Virus record (IMG/VR): IMGVR_UViG_3300032086_001604
Location: 1 to 40,788 of that record
Length of the DNA stretch: 40,788 nt
Direction: 5' to 3' (one strand)
Source: a virus
Shown here: piece by piece, positions 1 to 7,010 of the stretch
How the letters are laid out: each line of letters opens with the position of its first letter
Position numbering within the stretch: the stretch's first letter is position 1
Notes under the pieces: model-generated
Database searches by the model: none
Seen by the model: the letters and a program-made list of their open reading frames with translations, nothing else
Told to the model about the DNA's origin: nothing
Translations under genes and position numbers: made by a program

Positions 1-91
1 AGATCAGCCCCAGGGATGCACTGGATTGCACTAGAAATGCGTTTTCTGTGCCGATAACTATCTGATTTCATTGGAGTTTAGTGCCGGTGCC
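1..91. repeat. Terminal direct repeat, copy A (identical to 40698-40788)
   Basis: Compared base by base: agatcagccccaggg...gtttagtgccggtgcc is identical over 91 nt at both window ends. It lies between the terL-distal noncoding region and the early-gene end, where T7-like genomes carry their DTR. An assembly overlap of a circularised contig cannot be excluded. Confidence 0.8.
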
Positions 92-286
92 GTACTGTTA
101 AGCGGTACGTCGGGCAGCTTTTCGGACTCGAGCAGGGGAGCGCCGGGGGGATTTTCGACCCGACAGAATCTAATAGGCTCTTCAGATTTTTGCGCCAAAA
201 TGATCGGGTGGGAAATGCAATGAGTGCTTGACAGGACTTTTCCCGCGGCCCACCCTTAACTCATAGGAGTAGCTACTAAGCCTCTT

Positions 287-449
287 CCTGATAGCCGAAC
301 ATGCTTAATTAAATGAATAAAAAACAGGAGTGGGCTCATTAGTTACATATATGTAGGGACTCCCCGTCCCCCTTATAGTGTCGTGATTTGTAAGCCACTG
401 AGAACACTACGTTTTTGATTTCTTATTTTAAGCATGCTCGGCTATCAGG
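287..449. repeat. 22-bp inverted repeat pair (287-308 cctgatagccgaacatgcttaa / 428-449 ttaagcatgctcggctatcagg, 1 mismatch) enclosing a 119-bp AT-rich spacer
   Basis: Reverse complement of 428-449 equals 287-308 except one a/g position. The right arm overlaps the terL stop codon (445-447). The spacer line 301-360 has 19/60 G+C, versus roughly 60-70 percent in coding lines. Confidence 0.85.
368..390 (-). promoter_or_regulatory. Candidate phage-RNAP promoter (right-end, phiOR-like position)
   Basis: Minus strand reads caaatcacGACACTATAAGGGGG. The core resembles SP6 (GTGACACTATAGAAG), K11 (GCACACTATAGGGAGA) and T7 (CGACTCACTATAGGGAGA) promoters. It sits downstream of terL near the terminal repeat. 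Confidence 0.4.
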
Positions 450-2181
450 TTTTGTCGATCACGTTAGCCATCCAGTTAGGCCGGCCGAGCCTCCCAGAGG
501 CCACCCCAGCGTTCCTCATAAATGCATCAAGTTCACGACGTAGTAACTCATCGTTGTGCGCATCGACGCCATCGCGGTCGTCCACACTCATCTGCTCCGT
601 CCAGTAGCCTACCGCCATGCTCAATGCGTCGAGGCGGTCATCGTGGCGCAGGGCATTTCTGTCCGCAGTGATCCTGGTGAGCTGATACATGAGCATCTTA
701 CTTAGCCTCACCGCGCTGTCGTACCGCTGAGCCGACCGATAGTCATGCTCCACGACAGCTGGGTCGAGCACCAACTTGTGTCGCATGAGCACAGGCTCCA
801 ACGTATCGATGATGCGCCGCTCCTTCTGGCTACTGTGTCGAACCTCCTCGATCGCACAGGGGTGTCGTTTGCGTAGCACCGGCTCGAGCAACTTGACGAA
901 CATGCCGTCACCAAAGTTGCTTTCAACCACGATCGCATTCGTGTCGTTCCGTTTGGCAATCTCGGCGAGCGTCCCCAGGGTCTCATCATCGTAGCCACCC
1001 GGCAGTCCGCCACACTCGCACACATACAAGTACCCGTTGAGCATCTTCACGACCGCATACCCGGTCTCGTCGGCGCCTCGGCCACTGGGGTCGATAGCCA
1101 TGACTGTGCCGGAAAACTCAGCTGTCACGTCGCCCACACTCATCGGCCCATACATGCGATCGCCCCGCATCGCCACGTTCGGCAGGTCGTTCATCAGTCG
1201 TGCCTCGTACGGGCCCCACGTCAGCTGCATCGGCGCCCGCTCCCGGTCGAACGCCAAGAAGATAATGTCGCGTACCTTCAACGGGAATCTGTCGGCATCA
1301 CTGAGCTGTGTGCTCAGCTGGAACTGCAGGTTAAACCCGGCTTTGCCATAGCTGGCACGTCGCTCCAACAGATCATCATCTGAGAAGCGCAGCGGATCCA
1401 CCGACGTGCCGTCGGGAATTTCGAGGTCGTGAACAAACGGGGCCAGGGCCTCGCCGTACGTCTCAGCCTCCTTCGCCGTCGGCTTTAGTGCCGGCCAGAT
1501 GCGTGTCGAGTACCCACGCTCCGGCAGCTTCGTATACAGACTGTCCTCACACTGGGGCGTCCCCAGGTACAGCACCCGGCCGCTGGGTGTCAGGATCGAG
1601 TCAAACTCCTTGACCAGCTCCGCCAGCTTGTCGCGCATCCCTTGGGTGGCGCTGTTGCTCGGAACCTCGCAGTCGTCGGCGATGATCAGATCGGCGCGGC
1701 TACCTGTGAGCTGGCCCGTGATTCCGACGCTCTTACAACTCGGACTGTGTGCCGCGACCGCCGGCCCGACATCAAACGCGATCTTTGAGCTTCTCTGCTC
1801 CGCCTTCGGCATCAGATGCTGGCACCCCGGCACCTCCGCGATCAGCCGCTGGGTAAACGTCGAGAAGGCATCGGCCCTCTCCTTGCTGGCCGACACCACC
1901 ATGATCTTGGCCTGCGGGTTGTTCAGCCACGTCCACACGGCGAACGCACTGGTGATGTACGACTTGCCCGCACCTCGGTACGCCTGAACGATCGCACGCT
2001 TCGGCGCATGCTGGATGTACTCGGCCATGTCGTACTGCACCGCCGTCGGCTCCGGTAAACCCAGATGTCGCCATACGAGCCAAATAAAAGCCCGTAGGTC
2101 GCCTTTGACCCGATCCAGCGGTGTAGCCTCGGAAATCGCCAAAGCCTCTGTACGGGCTTCCTGTGGGCTCCTAGAGGCCAT
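445..2181 (-). CDS. terL: Terminase large subunit (T7 gp19-like)
   Basis: 578-aa ORF with ATG start. Walker A-like YRGAGKSY and Walker B-like LIIADDCE motifs. Last gene before the genome end, as in T7. Confidence 0.9.
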   Translation of the reverse strand: MASRSPQEARTEALAISEATPLDRVKGDLRAFIWLVWRHLGLPEPTAVQYDMAEYIQHAPKRAIVQAYRGAGKSYITSAFAVWTWLNNPQAKIMVVSASKERADAFSTFTQRLIAEVPGCQHLMPKAEQRSSKIAFDVGPAVAAHSPSCKSVGITGQLTGSRADLIIADDCEVPSNSATQGMRDKLAELVKEFDSILTPSGRVLYLGTPQCEDSLYTKLPERGYSTRIWPALKPTAKEAETYGEALAPFVHDLEIPDGTSVDPLRFSDDDLLERRASYGKAGFNLQFQLSTQLSDADRFPLKVRDIIFLAFDRERAPMQLTWGPYEARLMNDLPNVAMRGDRMYGPMSVGDVTAEFSGTVMAIDPSGRGADETGYAVVKMLNGYLYVCECGGLPGGYDDETLGTLAEIAKRNDTNAIVVESNFGDGMFVKLLEPVLRKRHPCAIEEVRHSSQKERRIIDTLEPVLMRHKLVLDPAVVEHDYRSAQRYDSAVRLSKMLMYQLTRITADRNALRHDDRLDALSMAVGYWTEQMSVDDRDGVDAHNDELLRRELDAFMRNAGVASGRLGRPNWMANVIDKT

Positions 2182-2427
2182 CTAGCAATTCCAGCGCCGC
2201 ATCGATGCCCGCGCACGCTCGGCATTCTTGCTGCGTTTGACGATCCCGCCCATACGCGCACAGAAGCTCTTCTTGCGGCCCTTGTCTGCTTTCGTCTTCG
2301 GGTTCGGCGCCGGCGCCTTCAGCTTCGACCCGGTAGCCCTATTGTACTTAGCGCGCCCCTTAGCCGTGAGTCCTGCGCCCTCTTTTGTCGACAGCTTCTC
2401 GCCGCGACCAACACTGAGCTTAACCAT
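2182..2427 (-). CDS. Small highly basic protein (81 aa), unknown function
   Basis: ATG at 2427 overlaps the terS end by 8 nt. Its stop abuts the terL ATG. Lys/Arg-rich with a C-terminal SFCARMGG...RRWNC. It occupies the slot between terS and terL. Confidence 0.6.
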   Translation of the reverse strand: MVKLSVGRGEKLSTKEGAGLTAKGRAKYNRATGSKLKAPAPNPKTKADKGRKKSFCARMGGIVKRSKNAERARASMRRWNC

Positions 2428-2683
2428 GTCCCGTCTCCTGCTCGTTCCAGGCCGCGTTGCTAAACTCCGGTATCGCGTCGGCGAGCTGGCCCAGCGGGTT
2501 GTCGGGTGTCGCTACACACTCGATGTGGTTGTCCTTCAGGAACTTTGTCGCGACACTGAGTTCGGCAGCGGAAGCGTTACCTGAGCGTACACGTCCAAGT
2601 AACTCTTCAGCCATCGCGGTATGTAAACTGTTCAGCAGATCCCGAGCGTTGTCGGGACTGCCGTCGTCGTTGTCGATTGTCAT
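2420..2683 (-). CDS. terS: Terminase small subunit candidate (T7 gp18-like)
   Basis: 87 aa counted from the ATG at 2683, with GGAG 11 nt upstream; the track start at 2692 is TTG. The size, the position upstream of terL and the LLNSLHTAMAEELL segment resemble the T7 gp18 N-terminus. Confidence 0.6.
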   Translation of the reverse strand: MTIDNDDGSPDNARDLLNSLHTAMAEELLGRVRSGNASAAELSVATKFLKDNHIECVATPDNPLGQLADAIPEFSNAAWNEQETGHG

Positions 2684-2700
2684 TGCAGCCAAGTCTCCGT

Positions 2701-2964
2701 TTAGTCATCACCCATCTGTTTGCGGATCTGCATCACTGCGCCCAGGGCCAGCATGCCGAGCACAAACAACGTGATGCTTCGGGTGATTGTCGTGCCGATC
2801 GTCCGCTTTGCCGACCGCCAGCTGCCTAGCAGCTCACGCAGGTCGTGGACGTCTTGGGCACTGTTGTCGTCATGTAGGTTGAGTCTGCGCAGCGTCTCCT
2901 CGACAGCCTCGTTTGCTGCGCTGCGGGCGATCGCTTTGATCTCATCATCGCTCATCGCCGGCAT
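2701..2964 (-). CDS. Membrane protein with C-terminal TM helix (alternative start 2955)
   Basis: ATG at 2964 or 2955; the latter has better spacing from AAGGGA. Charged helical N-terminal part and a hydrophobic ITLFVLGMLALGAVMQI near the C-terminus. Confidence 0.55.
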   Translation of the reverse strand: MPAMSDDEIKAIARSAANEAVEETLRRLNLHDDNSAQDVHDLRELLGSWRSAKRTIGTTITRSITLFVLGMLALGAVMQIRKQMGDD

Positions 2965-2969
2965 GTCCC

Positions 2970-3176
2970 TTAACCGCCGATCTTCGCAGTAGCCGCAATG
3001 CGGCCCCACAGGCCAACAGCCCCGGCCACCAGCGCGACACCATCAAGGATCAGCGCGGCAATCTCGTCTTCAAAGGGGCCGAGGTCGATCCCGGCGTTAC
3101 GTGCCGCAACCGAGCCGAGCATGACCAGTACAGCCCACACGGTTTTACTAGCGTACCAGCTTTTGCTTTCTGTCAT
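2970..3176 (-). CDS. Holin-like protein, two TM segments (68 aa)
   Basis: Hydrophobic stretches TVWAVLVMLGSVAA and IAALILDGVALVAGAVGLWG. Position equivalent to T7 gene 17.5 (after the tail fibre, before terS). Confidence 0.55.
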   Translation of the reverse strand: MTESKSWYASKTVWAVLVMLGSVAARNAGIDLGPFEDEIAALILDGVALVAGAVGLWGRIAATAKIGG

Positions 3177-3203
3177 TTATTGAGTTCCTTTTGTTGAATT
3201 GCG

Positions 3204-3899
3204 TTATCGGTAAACAGCCGTGACAATGGCAACGTCTCCAGTTTCAGTACCGGGACCATCAGCCTCCGCTGTCAGGGTGCCTGCGCTGCCTCGCGTACTC
3301 GACCCGAACGCCACGGCAGTTGTGCTGTTTGGGTTGTATCGAGCGTCTGTGACGTCGGTACTGTTATGGTAGACAACTAGGTTCTGGTCGTTCTCGTGGC
3401 CCACAACCGTGATTGCTAGGTCTCCCGCATTTACTGATACGGAGTGCGCAGGTCCGCTGCCGGTAGCGGATACTGCGCCGTTACTGGCTGCGGGAGTATT
3501 AGATGAAGCACCTGTGACCGCGTACCACGCTACGGCTGATCGAACTGCGCCGCCGGTAGTAACGGAAAACGATGTCGGCAGAGATGTTAGCGTCGTCGTC
3601 GTCCCCATTATGTGGGCGTAGCCTTTACCGCTGTTTTGTGATCGCTCTATGTGTGATGTGAGTGTCAGGCCAGAGATCGAGAATGTTGCGCCGGAAGTCG
3701 CATTTTCCGCGCCTATGCACCCGATTAGGTAGAACGGGTAGGCTGGCACTGCGCTACCTCCGCTTAACGCTGAAAAGTTAGCGCTGGGGTTAGTAGCTTG
3801 CTGGAAGTCGACACTGCCCAAGTACGTCAGGGTCAGTGGATCACTACCGCCACCACCCAGCGACCCCGTGAGTGCCATCATGGATGCTACACTGCTCAT
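3204..3899 (-). CDS. Hypothetical structural protein downstream of tail fibre (231 aa)
   Basis: ATG at 3899 forms an ATGA overlap with the tail fibre stop. Gly/Ser/Thr/Ala-rich, beta-type composition. Confidence 0.6.
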   Translation of the reverse strand: MSSVASMMALTGSLGGGGSDPLTLTYLGSVDFQQATNPSANFSALSGGSAVPAYPFYLIGCIGAENATSGATFSISGLTLTSHIERSQNSGKGYAHIMGTTTTLTSLPTSFSVTTGGAVRSAVAWYAVTGASSNTPAASNGAVSATGSGPAHSVSVNAGDLAITVVGHENDQNLVVYHNSTDVTDARYNPNSTTAVAFGSSTRGSAGTLTAEADGPGTETGDVAIVTAVYR

Positions 3900-6800
3900 G
3901 TCAGGGAACTCCCGGCAATAATCGCTTTGGTTGCGCTTACGCACGTCACCGTAGCTATGGTGTCGGCACCGATGGTCACTGCGGCGGTCACTGCGCTGGC
4001 TTCGCCGTCTTTGAACAGACTGACCGTGCCGCCAGTGTTGACCGTGACAGTCCCGCCGCCCTCATTGTAGATCGTCACAATGTCACCGGGCTGTAGGCTT
4101 GCGGTGTTGTAGGTAGCAGCGGCGTTCGCGTAGTAGAGGCTCGCCCCACCGACCAGCGTGTGAGTGCCGGTGGTCGTGCGCACGTCTGCCTTACGGAGGC
4201 TAACCATGTTACCTGAGTTGAGGGTCTGCACTTCGCCGCTTGTGCGATCAATCGTCAGGCGAGCAGAGCCAGAATACGTGACGCGGTAAGCGCCTTGGTA
4301 AAGCTGCGTGTCCCAATACTCGTCAAGTGCGTCACCAGCGCCGGTTTCAGCAAGCCGCAGGGTTGCACTGGAGTTGGCGATGCCCGTTTCGCTGTCGCGA
4401 ATGGTAAGCACAGGGTCCGCACCGACCATCTCAACAAGAGTGTCAGGCGTCTGCGTTCCGATGCCCACGTTGCCGGTTGCGTCAATCGTTGCGCGGCGCG
4501 AGTTGTTGGTAAAGAGCGCTAGAGAACCATTCCCGGTGTTACGTACCTGTACTTCAGCGCCGCTTGCCGCCAGCTGTCCCTCACCGGCCTGACCAGTTTC
4601 CCGCACGACGCAAGCGGGGTAGGCGGCGCGTGTCGCGGTTACAGATCCGAACTCAGGCAAAGCCGTCGAGCTGAGATCCTGTTCCTCGATGATGTCGCCA
4701 GCGGAGGTTACTGCGAGGGACTTTGCAGCGGTTCCGGTGAGGGTGCCACTGCCGTACTGGCTCATTTTGACTTGGCCGTTAGTCTTGTAGACAACGACCT
4801 CAGTACCACCGCCACTGGGGTGGCGTTCCCCGTTAGCGTTGATGAAGCGGAAGTTCTGCATGTCACTGTTGCCGCCTTGAACGTCCATCGCCCAATAGGC
4901 GGCACCGTTGGTGGTCTGGTCGGACATAGAAAGGCGGAACTCACCACCTTCTGTGCCGGACGTACCGGGCGACTGAGGCGCGACTGTAATGACACCGTTG
5001 GCTCCACCGAAGGTTACAGGGCCGAGGGTCACTTGTGTGTCGCCATCTTGGAGCGGTAAAGGTTCCTCGATGATGAAGCCGTTAGCGTCTACAGCGAGGG
5101 AGTACGCAGCGGTTCCAGTGTTGCCGTTCACGCCGTAGTCCGGTATCTGCACCTTTTGGTTAGCGTGCAGCAGCAGCGCTGTCTGCGCGTTGGTGTTGAA
5201 CCGAATTGCGCCAGCATCTTCTGTCTGGAAGCGTAACTCGCCGGTTCCTCGGTGGTTAATCTGCGATGACGGATTTTCGCCGGAACCCCGAAGCACCCGA
5301 AAGCCGTAGTCTTCGTGGTTTGCGTTTGTGCCAGCGCCAACCGTGATCAGATCGAAGTAGGCATTACCGGCAGCAGTGCGGCCTTTACCGAGTTCGACAG
5401 CGGCGTCACCAGCGCCAGCGTCAACGATTACATTGTTAAACTCAACATTGCCGAACTGAACGCTGTCGGCTGTGCCGAGGCCCAACGCTGACTTCACTGC
5501 GGTCGGGGTCACGTTCTGCCAGCCTGTGCCATCGTACTTGAGGAAGTCATCCGTGGTCAGGCTCACGTAGGCATTCACGTCACCTACGTTCTGTAGAGAG
5601 GTCGTGTTGATGACCTGCGCGGCGGCGGCGTTGTACCAGTTTGACCCATCATAGTAGCGCAGCTTGCTATTCGTGCTGTCAAAGTACAGGTCGCCAGCTT
5701 CAAGCGTGAGGTTCGCATCATTCGCGATGTCAGCCAGCACTTCAGCGTCGTTACCCGCTACGTTCGTGTGCGAGCCATGATACTTGTTGTTAAGCTGGTT
5801 GAGTGCGCTTTGTGCAGCGGTCGCGTTAGCCTGTGCGTTTTGCAGGGCGGTCAGGTTAGCAGCTTGCGTTAGGGTGCTGATGTTTGTGGCTTGCGGTGCA
5901 AGGCTTGTCACGTCGCTGCTGATTCCGGCAACCGTGTTGACTGACGCAATGTTGGTCGCCACAGTTCCCGTATTGTCCGCACCGCTCAGGTCAGTCGCAA
6001 CTGCTGTCACATCGGCGATATTGGTCGATATGGTCTGGATTGGCCCGTTGATTCCGGCGACGATTGCCACGTCGCCAATCCCTGCGGCTACAGTTCCGAT
6101 GTTGTCAGGACCACCAACTTCAATGTCAGACGCAATCGTCGCAATATCCGCTAAGTCAGTGCTAACAAGATTCACGTTGGCGATGTTCGTGCTGACATTT
6201 TGCACTGCCGCGATGTTAGTACTTACCGTGCCGATAGTGTCGGAACCGCTCAAGTCAGCCGCCACGACGCCGATGTCCGCTGCGTCAGCGGCCACGGCAT
6301 TTACGTTTGCGATAGAGCCGCTAACATTTTGCACTGACGCGATGTTAGTGCTTACCGTGCCGATGGTATTCGTGCCGCTGATGTCGGCGGCGAGTACGCC
6401 AATGTCCGTCGCGTCGTTCGCCACGTTCGTTATGTCGCTCGCGATACCCGCCACGGTCGTGATTGCTGGCCCGATGCCACTATCGATGTCGATCTTCCGC
6501 ATCGCATCGTTGTTGGCTGTTGGCGTCCCCAGGTTGCGCAGCGGTTTGTTCTCAGCGTCGAACGCAGCCAAGTCATCAGTCAGGCCGATACCTTCGCCGC
6601 TCGATACCTCGACCTCTTGGATCTTGTTGAACAGCTGCGTGATGATCGCGTTGATGTCCGCTGCCTTGAAGCTCGCGCCATCTTGGAACACCGTCACGAT
6701 CTGTGAGATGTCAGTGTTGCGCTTGAGCGAGACGACGTGGTTGGCTGCGAGCGGGTCTTGCGTCGTGGCCAGCGTACCAGCCTGCACGACTCTCATGTCG

Positions 6801-6985
6801 AACGTGCCGTTGTTCAGCGTCTGCAGCTCCGCGTCGTAGTCCGTGCCGTTGACCAGTACGTTGCCGTTCGGGTCGATCACACTGACGACGATGTCGGTCG
6901 CACGCAGGAACGTGAACGTGACGTCGAAGTCGATCTGGGTGTTGTTCGCTGCCGTCGTGTAGGCGACGGGCGTGTATGTTGCCAT
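3896..6985 (-). CDS. Tail fibre protein (T7 gp17-like N-terminal adaptor domain)
   Basis: 1029 aa. The N-terminus MATYTPVAYT...IDFDVTFTFLRATDIVVSV is typical of T7-type fibre N-domains. Long repetitive Ser/Thr/Asn/Gly-rich remainder. Follows the internal virion proteins. Confidence 0.85.
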   Translation of the reverse strand: MATYTPVAYTTAANNTQIDFDVTFTFLRATDIVVSVIDPNGNVLVNGTDYDAELQTLNNGTFDMRVVQAGTLATTQDPLAANHVVSLKRNTDISQIVTVFQDGASFKAADINAIITQLFNKIQEVEVSSGEGIGLTDDLAAFDAENKPLRNLGTPTANNDAMRKIDIDSGIGPAITTVAGIASDITNVANDATDIGVLAADISGTNTIGTVSTNIASVQNVSGSIANVNAVAADAADIGVVAADLSGSDTIGTVSTNIAAVQNVSTNIANVNLVSTDLADIATIASDIEVGGPDNIGTVAAGIGDVAIVAGINGPIQTISTNIADVTAVATDLSGADNTGTVATNIASVNTVAGISSDVTSLAPQATNISTLTQAANLTALQNAQANATAAQSALNQLNNKYHGSHTNVAGNDAEVLADIANDANLTLEAGDLYFDSTNSKLRYYDGSNWYNAAAAQVINTTSLQNVGDVNAYVSLTTDDFLKYDGTGWQNVTPTAVKSALGLGTADSVQFGNVEFNNVIVDAGAGDAAVELGKGRTAAGNAYFDLITVGAGTNANHEDYGFRVLRGSGENPSSQINHRGTGELRFQTEDAGAIRFNTNAQTALLLHANQKVQIPDYGVNGNTGTAAYSLAVDANGFIIEEPLPLQDGDTQVTLGPVTFGGANGVITVAPQSPGTSGTEGGEFRLSMSDQTTNGAAYWAMDVQGGNSDMQNFRFINANGERHPSGGGTEVVVYKTNGQVKMSQYGSGTLTGTAAKSLAVTSAGDIIEEQDLSSTALPEFGSVTATRAAYPACVVRETGQAGEGQLAASGAEVQVRNTGNGSLALFTNNSRRATIDATGNVGIGTQTPDTLVEMVGADPVLTIRDSETGIANSSATLRLAETGAGDALDEYWDTQLYQGAYRVTYSGSARLTIDRTSGEVQTLNSGNMVSLRKADVRTTTGTHTLVGGASLYYANAAATYNTASLQPGDIVTIYNEGGGTVTVNTGGTVSLFKDGEASAVTAAVTIGADTIATVTCVSATKAIIAGSSLT
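5900..6475 (-). repeat. In-frame tandem repeats (~129 bp / ~43 aa, about 4.5 units) inside tail fibre gene
   Basis: tgcactgccgcgatgttagtacttaccgtgccgat at 6201 recurs as tgcactgacgcgatgttagtgcttaccgtgccgat at 6330. Protein units have the form NIA(S/A)VQNVS..IANVN.V..D.ADIG..A.D(L/I)SG.D(T/N)IGTVST. Confidence 0.75.
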
Positions 6986-7010
6986 TGTTGACGGCTCCTA
7001 AGTTATTGAT

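Noticed and set aside
1-91. T7 class II pause/termination signal (ATCTGTT) at the concatemer junction
   Set aside because: The only similar string is ATCTGAT (59-65), and it is on the plus strand, which is the non-transcribed strand. There is no match on the transcribed strand.
253-337. 27-aa minus-strand ORF (MSPLLFFIHLIKHVRLSGRGLVATPMS) in the right-end noncoding region
   Set aside because: No RBS, AT-rich non-coding composition, and it spans one arm of the inverted repeat. It is more likely chance.
5784-6839. Long plus-strand ORFs (e.g. 5784-6839 351 aa, 14263-15216 317 aa, 15704-16630 308 aa, 18336-19316 326 aa, 22316-23128 270 aa)
   Set aside because: All lie antisense to well-supported minus-strand genes (tail fibre, gp14/gp13, gp12, gp11, portal). 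Their products are low-complexity Ala/Arg/Ser/Val-rich shadows typical of GC-rich DNA. None has an RBS or a recognisable motif.
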